A stretch of DNA of 60,567 nt from a candidate division FCPU426 bacterium (GTDB taxonomy: Bacteria; Oederibacteriota; Muellerivitia; Muellerivitales; Muellerivitaceae). Below are positions 19,727 to 29,428 of this stretch, piece by piece. Numbering within the stretch: position 1 is the stretch's first letter; every line of letters begins with the position of its first letter. The notes under the pieces are model-generated. The model saw only the letters and a list, made by a program, of their open reading frames with translations, was not told the DNA's origin and did no database searches. Location of the stretch: positions 1-60,567 of the forward strand of contig CAWKAR010000014.1 in assembly GCA_963847625.1 (NCBI GenBank), written 5' to 3'. A program made the translations under genes and the position numbers.

Positions 19727-20794
19727 ATGAGAAATAGTAGCACAGTGGAAAGAAGGGTTGGTATCACCAAGAAAGACTGCGTTTACGTTGGTTTAGATGT
19801 GCACAAACGCAGTATTTACGCGGCAGTCAGAGTGAATGGGGTTGAGGCTGGGATAAAATCCCTGCCGGCTGATCGTGAGGTCGTAAAAAGATTTTTGGAG
19901 AAGTACCAGCTAGGTTTGCGGAAAGTGGTGTACGAAGCCGGCCCCACGGGATATGGATTAGCGAGGCGGCTGAAAGATGTTGGAATACCGGTAGAGGTAG
20001 TTGCCCCTGGAAAGATTCCCAGATCGGTTGTGGAAGGGGCCAAGTCAGACCGCCTGGACTGCCGGATGCTTGCCGAATACGCGGAGAAGGGGCTATTGCG
20101 GGCGGTAGTGATACCGACCGTAGAAGAGGAAGCATACCGCCAGGTATTGAGGCTGAGGAGTTCATTGGTAGAGAAGAGAAGGCGTGTGAAACAGCAAATT
20201 AAGGGTTTTCTCTTGCAATACGGCCTTGAGGAACCGGAAGGTCTGAGCCATTGGTCACGGAAAGCCGTGAAGGCTCTTGGAAAGATCGAATTGAATAAGG
20301 CGCTGCGTTTCACGCTGGATAGGTTTTTGGAGGAGTTTTATTACCTGGAAGATCAACTGGGAAAGGTGAAAGACCAAATCAAGGAGCAATACAGCTCGAA
20401 GGTCTATGAGAAAAAAACCAGGATATTGAGGAGTCATCCAGGGGTCGGAGAAGTGACGGCGGCGCAGATGCTGGCCGAGGTGTATCAGCCGGAGAGATTC
20501 CAGAACGCGAAACAAGTGGTGGCATATGTTGGATTGGCACCCCGAGTGAGGCAAAGTGGGGAAAGCCGGAAGGAAGGGCCATTACTAAAAGCAGGGAAAA
20601 ATCATTTGAGATCGGCTTTGTTGGAAAGCGCCTGGGCTTGGATTCGGGTGGATCGGCAGGCGGCGAAGATTTACGGAAGGTTGGCGAGAAACACAGGAAG
20701 CCCCAATAAGGCCATCGTGGCGATGGCTAGGAAGATATTGGTTCACCTGTGGACAATGTTGGTTCGGCAAGAGGCTTATCGGCCATTGGCTTAA
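19727..20794 (+). CDS. IS110-family DEDD transposase/recombinase
   Basis: VGLDVHK, YEAGPTG, KSDRLD (DEDD); C-terminal PGVG...GLAPRVRQSG domain. Confidence 0.95.
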   Translation: MRNSSTVERRVGITKKDCVYVGLDVHKRSIYAAVRVNGVEAGIKSLPADREVVKRFLEKYQLGLRKVVYEAGPTGYGLARRLKDVGIPVEVVAPGKIPRSVVEGAKSDRLDCRMLAEYAEKGLLRAVVIPTVEEEAYRQVLRLRSSLVEKRRRVKQQIKGFLLQYGLEEPEGLSHWSRKAVKALGKIELNKALRFTLDRFLEEFYYLEDQLGKVKDQIKEQYSSKVYEKKTRILRSHPGVGEVTAAQMLAEVYQPERFQNAKQVVAYVGLAPRVRQSGESRKEGPLLKAGKNHLRSALLESAWAWIRVDRQAAKIYGRLARNTGSPNKAIVAMARKILVHLWTMLVRQEAYRPLA

Positions 20795-20990
20795 GCAGGT
20801 TAAAAGGAGTGGTTTAAGTTTCGTGATTCGATTTTTGGGGATGACCACGGCTAATTCCGGTGTCTAGAACACGCCCATTAGGTGGTGGCTCCCTTTATTA
20901 CGTATCGGATCTTATCATGTGCCTTGAGCACGAATAGCAGGATGAATTCACGAAAACTTTGGACCATTCAATAAAATCACGGGGCTTGAC
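20795..20990 (+). ncRNA. putative bridge/seek RNA of the IS1111-type element
   Basis: 3' non-coding region as in IS1111 elements; contains CTAATTCC and ATAGCAGGA matching the predicted circle junction; exact RNA ends unknown. Confidence 0.55.
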
Positions 20991-21030
20991 GAACGGCCTC
21001 ATAGCAGGAATTATGAATTCAGGTAGGTTC

Positions 21031-21065
21031 AACGGGCGCGGTTACGCCCGAATCTTGAATTCTGG
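21031..21065. repeat. REP-like palindrome, second copy of the IS1111 target
   Basis: AACGGGCGCGGTTACGCCCGAATCTTGAATTCTGG matches the reconstructed empty site AACGGGCCCGGAAGGGCCCGAATTATGAATTCAGG at 27/35 positions, with a compensatory stem change. Confidence 0.6.
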
Positions 21066-21130
21066 CTGATGAATTATGAATTGAGTTCTTCCAACCAGTT
21101 TATGGGCTGAAGTGATAATTTAAAAATATG

Positions 21131-21224
21131 TACCCTAAGGGGTATAATTTAAGTAAATAATATAAAATAATACCCGAAAGGGTATAAAAACAAAGTAATT
21201 AATATATTTATACCCTATCGGGTA
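21131..21224. promoter_or_regulatory. three palindromic operators TACCC-N4-GGGTA upstream of the hipB-like gene
   Basis: Copies start at 21131, 21171 and 21211 (exact 40-bp period); TATAAT nearby. Confidence 0.8.
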
Positions 21225-21236
21225 TATAATTGGCAC

Positions 21237-21455
21237 ATGGAAAAAACACTGTCTGAGTTCGTTATCAAAAATAGGAAACGCATGAAATTGACCCAGCCTG
21301 AGCTCGCTGAGCGCGCCGGCGTTGGTTTGCGTTTTCTACGTGAATTGGAACAGGGCAAGAAGAACCTAAGGACAGACAAGGTCAACCAGGTCCTAAATCT
21401 TTTCGGGCAAACGCTGGGGCCGGTGCCCATGGAAAGGGACCGCCATGAGCCTTGA
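21237..21455 (+). CDS. hipB: HipB-like XRE HTH antitoxin/regulator (y4mF type)
   Basis: LTQPELAERAGVGLRFLRELEQGK HTH; first gene of the hip module. Confidence 0.85.
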   Translation: MEKTLSEFVIKNRKRMKLTQPELAERAGVGLRFLRELEQGKKNLRTDKVNQVLNLFGQTLGPVPMERDRHEP

Positions 21456-21849
21456 GGATACCCAAACGGGTCCGTTGCCCAAGCCAATGGATTCATTTAG
21501 GCGCGGCCAAGTTTATATCCATGACAAGTATGCCGGATTGATCGAGGAAAGCGGGGAGGGCTACTGTTTTTCCTATGACACAGCCTATCTGTCCGGGCCC
21601 AACCCGGTTCCAGTCAGCCTGACCCTTCCGCTCAGGGCGGAACCTTACACATCCAATATCCTTTTCCCTTTTTTTGACGGTCTTATTCCCGAAGGATGGC
21701 TTTTGGATGTTGCCGTAAAAACCTGGAAAATGGATCCCCGCGATCGAATGGGACTCTTGCTCAACACGTGCGAGGATTGCATCGGCGCCGTTTCCGTCGT
21801 GGATACATCCCGGGAAAAAGGGGCGGCGCGTGGCCACAACGGCAGGTAA
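21445..21849 (+). CDS. HipA N-terminal-domain protein (HipS-like)
   Basis: F.YD..YL, VSLTLPL, FPFFDGLIPEGW, DCIGAV. Confidence 0.88.
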   Translation: MSLEDTQTGPLPKPMDSFRRGQVYIHDKYAGLIEESGEGYCFSYDTAYLSGPNPVPVSLTLPLRAEPYTSNILFPFFDGLIPEGWLLDVAVKTWKMDPRDRMGLLLNTCEDCIGAVSVVDTSREKGAARGHNGR

Positions 21850-22810
21850 AACGGGCAAATGCCTTATTTGTTATGGGAATACCGCCGATGCCGGCGCTCC
21901 ATACCACGCTGGGTGTTGCCGCAAACTTTTCGGGAAAACCACGGCGCCTGTGCTTGACCATGGCCTCGCGGAGATGGAAGCCCTCGCGGGAAAGGTGATT
22001 CAAAGCCGGTTGGCGGTCACCGGAATTCAACGGAAAATATCCCTGGATTTTGAGCGGCCGTCACGCGGTAGGAAAGCGTCCGCGCGACTCACCATCGTCG
22101 GGCTTTGGGGGGGATACATCCTCAAACCGCCAACGCCGGATTATCCCTTTATGCCGGAGGTCGAAGACCTCACGATGCGCCTGGCCGGTATTTGCGGCAT
22201 TCCCACGGCGGAACATGGACTGATACGGCTGAAATCCGGTGAAATGGCCTTTATTGCGCGCCGGTTTGACCGCGTCCACGCCAAAAAACTCGCCATGGAG
22301 GACTTCTGCCAATTGTCCGGGAGGATGACGGAAGACAAGTACCGCGGTTCGATGGAAAAAGCCGGGGATGTCATTTTGAAGTGGTCAACCAACCCAATAC
22401 TTGATGCCGGCAGATTTTTGGATATTGCCCTGCATTCCTATATCACCGGCAATGCCGATATGCATTTGAAGAATTTCTCCCTCATCACCGAGGAGGACGG
22501 GACTATCCACCTGGCGCCCGCCTATGATTTGCTTTCAACCAAGCTGTTGATCCGGGATGACAAAGAGGAATCCGCCCTCCCCATCAACGGAAAAAAGAAC
22601 AACCTTCGGCGGGAGGAATTCGTGAATCTTGGGCTCAGGTTGAAAATCACACAACGTGCCATCGAAAACACCTTTCGCCGTTTTGGCGGCAAGATCCGTC
22701 CTATGTGTGAGATGGTGCGCCTGAGTTTTTTGCCGGCCGCGATGCAAGACCAATTCATCGAGTTGATACAAACGCGTTGCGTTCGATTGGACATTAAGCC
22801 GTCAGATTGA
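21830..22810 (+). CDS. hipA: HipA-family Ser/Thr kinase toxin (HipT-like)
   Basis: TGIQRKI, EDLTMRLA, RRFDR, MEDFCQL, GNADMHLKNFS, LAPAYDL. Confidence 0.92.
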   Translation: MATTAGKTGKCLICYGNTADAGAPYHAGCCRKLFGKTTAPVLDHGLAEMEALAGKVIQSRLAVTGIQRKISLDFERPSRGRKASARLTIVGLWGGYILKPPTPDYPFMPEVEDLTMRLAGICGIPTAEHGLIRLKSGEMAFIARRFDRVHAKKLAMEDFCQLSGRMTEDKYRGSMEKAGDVILKWSTNPILDAGRFLDIALHSYITGNADMHLKNFSLITEEDGTIHLAPAYDLLSTKLLIRDDKEESALPINGKKNNLRREEFVNLGLRLKITQRAIENTFRRFGGKIRPMCEMVRLSFLPAAMQDQFIELIQTRCVRLDIKPSD

Positions 22811-22991
22811 CATGCAAAAAAAGCCTACCCATTACGCTCTAAAGCCATATCTTTCGGGGAACATCCGGGGGACTTTGAAAGCCTCCAAATCGTGAAATTA
22901 GTCAATTATTATGCGTTCAACCGAAACCCTTGAGACGTGGTTCTTGTTCCTCTCCGCAATCATGACTTCTCCAAATGTCCAGCGGGTCTTA

Positions 22992-23288
22992 TTAATTTCC
23001 GGATTTTTCACGGCTGCTAACTGCTTTATTCCCGTTGCCGCCATAAACAGGGTCATACGGCAAAAGATCATGGATTGAACAGCCGAAAATTTTCGCGAGC
23101 CTGTACAAATACAAAATATTGATTTGAATCGCTTCCGTTTTATGTTCCCAGCGGCGGACTTCCCGGTCGCACGCATCCACTTTCTCGGCAAGATACTCCT
23201 GGCCGAAACCTTTTTCGGCCCTTTTATTGGCGATGATTTGTTGGATTTCCATTAGGAACGATATTTCGGAAGGGTCTGAATAAGGCAT
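22992..23288 (-). CDS. XRE-family HTH regulator divergent from the transfer operon
   Basis: KRAEKGFGQEYLAEKV..CDREVRRWE...LYRLAKIFGCSIHDL; start uncertain (23252-23321). Confidence 0.75.
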   Translation of the reverse strand: MPYSDPSEISFLMEIQQIIANKRAEKGFGQEYLAEKVDACDREVRRWEHKTEAIQINILYLYRLAKIFGCSIHDLLPYDPVYGGNGNKAVSSREKSGN

Positions 23289-23457
23289 TTGGAAATGGTA
23301 GTTCAAAACGAAAAGTGACAACAGGACATCAATGTCCGGCGGACTTTGAAGTCCTGGTCAACGCTTCATAAATATTTAAAAATCTCATCCTCGGCACATG
23401 GGCAAAAGCAATTCGGTTAAACAATGAGGGCCCGTCGGCTCATAGGGAGGGTGAAAT

Positions 23458-24537
23458 ATGAATAAAACCCGGCTTATTGTTACGAGTCTTTTTTTGACAG
23501 GGATTCTTGGAACCTGGTTTATAGGCTGCCAATCCAATCGCGGTCCCTCTGTTCCTTACGATATTGGTTTTACTCCTACCCCTGATCGAATCCATGGATC
23601 TGTTAGCGCATTCGTGGAGGATAAGGGGATTGGGGTTCCCAATGTGATGGTTGAGGCGATACCGCCTTCTGGGGTGACGGTCTATAGCCAAGCGACCACT
23701 GCCAGCGGGATCGCCACCTTCAACCCGACATGGTTGGATATAGGGAATTGGACTTTCGTGGTCCCGGCCCAAACGCCTTTTCCATTCGCCCCCAGTACCA
23801 TCACCATGCCTGTCTCCGTTTCAAATCAGACCGCCAACTTCAATTCTGCGGGGGCGACGATTTATTTGACCCCGACTGTGCCGGAATCTTTCACTTCCAC
23901 GAATCCTGGAAATCCATTCACCTACAGCCTTGTTTATAGCCAACCCGGAAACTTATTCATTCCCGGGAAGATCGCTTTCACTGCATTCCCGAATAATTGG
24001 AGCGGAACTTACGGACCAACGACGATTGGATATGGAAGCGCCGATACGGCCTCCATCACTGTTACGGGGCTTAATTGCGTGGACCTGCCACCCAGTTTTT
24101 CGGTGACAGCCCTCGACCTGGAACCAACTCCTTATCCCAGGGCTTACAGTTCGCCCCAGACCATCACCAAGGGATTCACTTCCTCAGTCACTGTGACCGT
24201 TACCAATAACCTCATAGGAATCGGTACTTGCGGGAGCAATAACGCCTTTCAATTCGACGGGGGCTTGAAAATCACCGCCACGAATTCCTGCACGCCGGTC
24301 ACCGTTTGGTTCACCAGCGGCAATTGCTGCAATACCAACGTCTCCATGAACGGACAGTCGGTGAATACCGAGGATTGCGGGGGACCGAAATTTACCCTAG
24401 GACCGGGCAATTACGGGTTCACCATCAATACCACCCAATATTCCCCGGACTTGTACTACTCCTACCTGGGAAAAACGGGTTATGTCGCGGTTCCCATCAA
24501 CGGATCAACCACCACCGTCTTTACCGACTCCTATTGA
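23458..24537 (+). CDS. putative lipoprotein, beta-rich extracellular domains
   Basis: Signal peptide ending WFIGC; Thr/Gly/Pro-rich; GGGAGG RBS. Confidence 0.75.
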   Translation: MNKTRLIVTSLFLTGILGTWFIGCQSNRGPSVPYDIGFTPTPDRIHGSVSAFVEDKGIGVPNVMVEAIPPSGVTVYSQATTASGIATFNPTWLDIGNWTFVVPAQTPFPFAPSTITMPVSVSNQTANFNSAGATIYLTPTVPESFTSTNPGNPFTYSLVYSQPGNLFIPGKIAFTAFPNNWSGTYGPTTIGYGSADTASITVTGLNCVDLPPSFSVTALDLEPTPYPRAYSSPQTITKGFTSSVTVTVTNNLIGIGTCGSNNAFQFDGGLKITATNSCTPVTVWFTSGNCCNTNVSMNGQSVNTEDCGGPKFTLGPGNYGFTINTTQYSPDLYYSYLGKTGYVAVPINGSTTTVFTDSY

Positions 24538-24561
24538 AAGGGAACCATATGAAAACCATTT

Positions 24562-25613
24562 CCCCAGTTCAATAACGAAGTGCAACACTTAGACCCGGCA
24601 GAACCCGGGGGTTATCCTAAGTGCTATGAAATCATCCTACAAGCATCTGTCGTTAGCCGAACGTGAAGAAATTTCAGTTTGGAATGCTGAAGGCCTCTCC
24701 CTTCGGGAAATCGCACGCCGTCTGGGCCGTGATGTATCCAGCATTTCCCGAGAACTGAAGCGCAACGCCCCTCCTATACGATCTCGCCGCTACCTGCCCG
24801 CCAGAGCTCACATGCGTGCAGAACACCGAAACCGTCTTTCACGTACTCATTTAAGGCTTAAAAATCCTGAGATTCGCCGTTTAGTACTGCGAGAAATACC
24901 TCGTGGACTCTCGCCCGAGCAAATTGCCGGTTTTCTTCGCCGGGAGAAACCAAAACTTTCCGTTTCCCATGAAGCCATCTATCAATTCATCTACTGCGAA
25001 GCTCGAAACCTCATTCCTCATCTAGCCCGGGCCCATCGAAAACGTTTGCGACGTTGGCACACTCAAAAACATCGCAAAAGCCATATTCCTCAACGTACTC
25101 CCATTACCCAACGACCAGCTATCGTTGAAACAAGACAGCAATTCGGGCACTGGGAGGCCGACACCATCATCTCCCGGAAAAGCAAACCCTCACTTCTGGT
25201 TATGGTCGAGCGCAAAAGTCGTCTGGTGAAACTGGCTTGGCTACCTCAAAAATCAGCTTTCCACACTAGAGCCGCAATCAACCGTCGGTTGGTTCGGATT
25301 TCAAAAGGCCTCCGCCGTACCATCACATACGACAATGGCTCCGAAAACGTCGAACATCTCCAGGTGAATCGTGTTTCAGGCACTCGTTCATTCTTTTGTT
25401 TGCCCTTCCACAGTTGGGAGAAAGGTTGTGTTGAAAATACTGCAGGTCTTGTTCGTCGCTTCTATCCCAAGAAAACGGATTTTGCTACTATAACCCCAGC
25501 GAATGTACGACGCGTGGAACGGATCCTAAACCATCGTCCTCGCAAGTGCCTTCGTTTCAAAACGCCGGAGCAGGTCTTTAGTCAAGGTGTTGCACTTACT
25601 GGTTGAATTCAGC
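24562..25613 (+). mobile_element. IS30-family insertion sequence (copy B)
   Basis: Imperfect 29-bp terminal inverted repeats with AAGTGCAACAC core; 3-bp target duplication TTT (24559-61, 25614-16). Confidence 0.9.
24626..25606 (+). CDS. IS30-family transposase
   Basis: HTH LSLAEREEI..SLREIARRLGR; GHWEADT, TYDNGSE, WEKGCVEN, NHRPRKCL. Confidence 0.95.
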   Translation: MKSSYKHLSLAEREEISVWNAEGLSLREIARRLGRDVSSISRELKRNAPPIRSRRYLPARAHMRAEHRNRLSRTHLRLKNPEIRRLVLREIPRGLSPEQIAGFLRREKPKLSVSHEAIYQFIYCEARNLIPHLARAHRKRLRRWHTQKHRKSHIPQRTPITQRPAIVETRQQFGHWEADTIISRKSKPSLLVMVERKSRLVKLAWLPQKSAFHTRAAINRRLVRISKGLRRTITYDNGSENVEHLQVNRVSGTRSFFCLPFHSWEKGCVENTAGLVRRFYPKKTDFATITPANVRRVERILNHRPRKCLRFKTPEQVFSQGVALTG

Positions 25614-26368
25614 TTTCGATTCTAGCCATTGCTTTTTTATTAGCCGGTTGTGAAAAAGGGCCTTCCGGCCCAACCGGGTCCCAAGGCCCAGCCGGACCGA
25701 CCATCCCGACTTATTCAACAGTATTCGAGAATGGGATTTATCCCGATTCGGGATATGGCGGGTCGGACACCCATTGGATCGATGGAAGCTTTCCCAATAT
25801 CGCCCCTGGTACAGGTGAAATCTTGGTGGCCACTGGATCAACCACCTCGAACGTGGCATTGGGTTTGTTGAGGTTCGACCTGTCCTATGGCATTCCCTCA
25901 AACGCCACCATCACCGCCGCGAGCCTCCAGTTGGCCACGGAAACCACCACGAACCTTTCCACAGGCACTTACGTTTTCGGCATCCACCAGGTCATACCAC
26001 CCCCAGCAGGCCAGGTGCCTTGGAACGACTCAAGCACCTGGAACGTTCTTGTAACCCCATATGGATGGGATGGGGGAGCTAGTTCACCCATTACTGCAGG
26101 CGTGGATTACAACCTGGCTTATATGGACGCGGTGACTGTTACCGCTACGCAAGTGAACACGACCCAAGTCCTTCTTGCCTGGAACATCACGCCATCCCTT
26201 GCCCAGGTTTGGGTGAACAAGGCCAACAACAATTACGGGGTTTTAATCTCGCCAGAGCCGGAAACAAGCGGGTCGCTTTCTGGCTCCATATCGTTTTGGG
26301 ACAACACGGGGAACAGCCAGCAAAAACCGAAGATGTTGGTTACCTATACCATTCCATGAGGGGGTTAT

Positions 26369-27595
26369 ATGAAAGTGATGAAAAGTATATTTTGCATTTT
26401 CTGCCTGCTGGCTCTGTTAAACGTTACTTCCGTATATGCAAAACCCAAGGGGAAGAAAACACCAACCCCCACACCTAGTCCCACTGCGACACCCAAGCCA
26501 AACTGGGTTCCGCCGCCTTACGTGGACAACGAATCCAAGGCCCTCAACGCGAATGTTGCGGCCCATTACGGCAGTGACGCGTCAGGGAACCTTGGGTTTT
26601 CCTTGCTCGACCTTTCCGCTGTCCGAAAACTTGACGAGAACGACGTTTCGGCGCAGGGAACCGTCAGGGTCACCAAATCCTTTTCCTCATCCGACGACGG
26701 GGTAGGCCTTCAGTTAAGGGAGGCGAACTTCTCTCTTTCTGAACCTTGGATGGAGGCGCGGATTGGGCGGATGGATTTGTCGGATATTGTCAGCACTACG
26801 CATTTTTTCGGGCGTTACCCCTTAATGGGCTTGAGACGGCTGGACGGGATCAAGCTTTATATCCCCTTCAAGTTCTTTTTCGGGGTGGAGGATTACAAGA
26901 GCGTTTCCAGCCCGCCGACTTCTTTGAGCTTTTTCTATTTTCCAACCCTTCTTTCAGCCCAGGACGCCGTTATTGACGGCTCCCAGGGGTATTTCATGGG
27001 CCAGCTTAGGATGAAACTCAATTTCGGTGATCTGAGGACGGTTCTTCTTTTCAACCTGGGGGCCAGCGCGGCGGATGATTTCCAGTATTCCTCCATGAGC
27101 GGGAACCCGGCTTATTCCATTTGCGGGGAGGCTAATTTCGCCAGGGACTACACCCTTTACTTCGAGTACGGGGTGCAGGACTCGGCCCACTCAGGCGACA
27201 CGAACGCTTTCGCCTTCGGGGCCAGGGGGGAGCACATTTTCACCTGGCACTTCCTGTCCCTGGACCGGATCATCCTGGAGGCCCAAATCCCAATTGCCAA
27301 CAATCCCGATAATCCCTTCACCGGAGGGAACGGAATCGACCCGCCGTCCGCACAACTTCCCCAGAGGGCCTTGTACGGACAGGCGCGGATAAGAATCCGT
27401 TCTATTTTCATCGATTTCAACGTCACCGATTCCCTTGGCGATTTCACCTTCGCCCGGTTGAATCCCACAAACATTAATACGCCGTTGCCCATGCCGGTTG
27501 GGGGCGGGAACGAGACAAACGGGCTTGAAATCCCTCTCCTTTCGCCCGGTTACAACACTTACGCCTTCAGCATTGATACAGGGGTCCAGTTTTGA
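26369..27595 (+). CDS. secreted protein, possible outer-membrane beta-barrel
   Basis: Signal peptide, TPTP linker, alternating hydrophobic beta-like segments, C-terminal ...IDTGVQF. Confidence 0.6.
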   Translation: MKVMKSIFCIFCLLALLNVTSVYAKPKGKKTPTPTPSPTATPKPNWVPPPYVDNESKALNANVAAHYGSDASGNLGFSLLDLSAVRKLDENDVSAQGTVRVTKSFSSSDDGVGLQLREANFSLSEPWMEARIGRMDLSDIVSTTHFFGRYPLMGLRRLDGIKLYIPFKFFFGVEDYKSVSSPPTSLSFFYFPTLLSAQDAVIDGSQGYFMGQLRMKLNFGDLRTVLLFNLGASAADDFQYSSMSGNPAYSICGEANFARDYTLYFEYGVQDSAHSGDTNAFAFGARGEHIFTWHFLSLDRIILEAQIPIANNPDNPFTGGNGIDPPSAQLPQRALYGQARIRIRSIFIDFNVTDSLGDFTFARLNPTNINTPLPMPVGGGNETNGLEIPLLSPGYNTYAFSIDTGVQF

Positions 27596-28098
27596 GGTAC
27601 TTCGTACCTTTTATATTTTTAGTCATTACGCCAGCCTTTGCGGATGAGAATCCCTTTATGGCTGTTCGTGAAAGGGACCAATGGGCCATTGAGCAGGTCA
27701 TGGAGCATAAGGCCCCGGATGATTCATGGGCTGGGAATTCAAGCGGGGAAACTCCAGGCGCACACCGGGCAAAGAGGGCCGTGCCGAAGGCACTTCCAAC
27801 CGCAATCTCTTTCCAGACTCAAACCTACAACTTTCAAACCGAAACTGATGTGGCCAAAGTCAACGCTTTGGTTACCAATTTCGGCCCCAATTTCATCATC
27901 GATATTTCCAGCGACCAAACCATCCAGGGATGGCTTTTGAAGCGCCAATCCACCAGGGAAGTTTTCCTGAAAGGGGGGACGCCAACGGACAACCCCTATA
28001 AGTGCCGGATCAGGGTGGACCGGCCTTATATCAAGGATTTCGGACTAACCGTTTATGTCACCCAGGACAGCGACCCGGCATTCGTTCAGCTCTATTAA
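27592..28098 (+). CDS. hypothetical secreted protein
   Basis: Signal peptide (..ITPAFA); TTG start overlapping the previous stop. Confidence 0.6.
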   Translation: MRYFVPFIFLVITPAFADENPFMAVRERDQWAIEQVMEHKAPDDSWAGNSSGETPGAHRAKRAVPKALPTAISFQTQTYNFQTETDVAKVNALVTNFGPNFIIDISSDQTIQGWLLKRQSTREVFLKGGTPTDNPYKCRIRVDRPYIKDFGLTVYVTQDSDPAFVQLY

Positions 28099-28111
28099 TC
28101 AAAGGTGAACT

Positions 28112-28555
28112 TTGGATCAGAACATTTCGGAAAATTTCAGGGTACTGCATCCATCTTTTTTCCAATACCTTTCCGTTTTCATCGTCCCCTTGGCCTTGTT
28201 TCTTTTGGTCCCCCAGGGAGTGAGGCTTGTCTATGTCCTCAGGGGATTCTGGATTCTTGAAGTTTTCCTATTCCTTTGCGTTTGGTTATTCCTATCTACT
28301 ACCAAGTTCATCATAAAACCGGATTGGTTTGAAATCCGCACCGGAATCCTGGCGAGACGTTCCAGATCCATTCCTTACGACAAGATCATCAACATCACTT
28401 GCAAACAAAATCTTTTCCAAAAGCTTTTCAATATCGGTGACCTTTTCATTGAAATACCCGGTGTGGAACCGTTTGGAGTCGCCTTATCAGGTGTTGAAAG
28501 ACATGAGGAACTAGCGGAACTGTTTTTCACCCTCAAGAAAAAGGGTGAGATATGA
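28112..28555 (+). CDS. bacterial PH-domain (bPH_2, YdbS-like) membrane protein
   Basis: Two TM helices then RTGILARRSRSIPYDKIINI...QKLFNIGDLFIE. Confidence 0.8.
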   Translation: MDQNISENFRVLHPSFFQYLSVFIVPLALFLLVPQGVRLVYVLRGFWILEVFLFLCVWLFLSTTKFIIKPDWFEIRTGILARRSRSIPYDKIINITCKQNLFQKLFNIGDLFIEIPGVEPFGVALSGVERHEELAELFFTLKKKGEI

Positions 28556-29412
28556 AAGGGATTTTCTTTTCTTTGCTTATTTTGTCCCTGGCCCACCTGC
28601 CGGTTTTCGCCAGTCCCGTTCCAGATGATCCCAAAATAGAGGAGGCCTTGAAGGCGAACGTGGTGGATTTTAGGGACTGGCTCATGAAACAGCTTTCCCA
28701 GTTTCCCAAGGCCGATCCAGCAAAGGCGGTTGTGAGGAGTTATGCCGTCGCCCCACGGAAACCACACGTTTTTACGGCCAACCAGTACAACCAGGCGAGT
28801 CATTCCAGTTGGGTGAAGTGCCAGGTCATGCAGGGACTTTCCATCTTGAGCCAGCAACTCGCCAATACCGCCGGGACGGCTTTCGCACCCCAAAGCGCCA
28901 GCCAACTCCAGCAATACGCTGTCCAGTTGCAGCAAAGCGATGACCCCCAGTTCCAACAGGCGGGAAATCTTTACAGCCAGGAAGCCCAAGCCTTGCAGTC
29001 GGGGAATATCCAAGGGGCCGACCAAGCGGCCAACCAGGTCGCGGCCCTGCCCCAACCATATGTCGCACCCGGATACCAGCCCACCCAAAGTGAAAGCCAA
29101 TTGGCGCAGGTCTTCAACCAGGTTGTAGGGACGGTCATAGCCAGCTTGGGTGGAATCCTAGGAACCTTGGTTGTTTCCCAGCTTTTGCAGGCCCTTGGGA
29201 TACCGAATTTAAGTTCCCTCTTGGGGACGGGACAGCAATTGGGGACATCCCTTGGGTCGGGACAGAGTTCTGGAACAGCCCTAAATACAGCAGGAACCAA
29301 CACGAATCAAACCGGGGGAAGCGTCGCCCTCCAACAATTGGGGGGCGTCAACGTCAAGCAACTGCAATCCCAGGGGTCGGCTAACGCTGGCGGGGCACCG
29401 TCAGCCCAATAA
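28552..29412 (+). CDS. secreted Gln-rich helical protein (possible minor pilin-like T4SS component)
   Basis: Signal peptide; Q/A-rich helices; immediately upstream of the pilin-like gene; function inferred from position only. Confidence 0.5.
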   Translation: MKGIFFSLLILSLAHLPVFASPVPDDPKIEEALKANVVDFRDWLMKQLSQFPKADPAKAVVRSYAVAPRKPHVFTANQYNQASHSSWVKCQVMQGLSILSQQLANTAGTAFAPQSASQLQQYAVQLQQSDDPQFQQAGNLYSQEAQALQSGNIQGADQAANQVAALPQPYVAPGYQPTQSESQLAQVFNQVVGTVIASLGGILGTLVVSQLLQALGIPNLSSLLGTGQQLGTSLGSGQSSGTALNTAGTNTNQTGGSVALQQLGGVNVKQLQSQGSANAGGAPSAQ

Positions 29413-29428
29413 ATTGAAGGAGTAGAAC

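Larger units (their letters stand above)
19648..21013 (+). mobile_element. IS110-family element of IS1111 type
   Basis: Sub-terminal inverted repeats AGGCCGTTC (19664-72) / GAACGGCCT (20991-99); ~200-bp 3' non-coding region; GAATTA repeated at both boundaries (19648-53, 21008-13). Confidence 0.78.
24549..26359 (+). pseudogene. lipoprotein with short collagen-like linker and DNRLRE-like domain, interrupted by IS30 copy B
   Basis: Removing the IS and one TTT joins 24549-24561 to 25617 in frame: MKTISILAIAFLLAGC-EKGPSGPTGSQGPAGPT... continuing into ORF 25823..26359 (LLRFDLS.GIPSNATITAASLQL, NNYGVLI, PKMLVTY). Confidence 0.85.

Noticed and set aside
19652..21004. Alternative IS110 boundaries using a TAG/AG core
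   Set aside because: The GAATTA boundary regenerates a site matching the adjacent REP-like copy; the TAG model does not. Not fully excluded without the circle junction.
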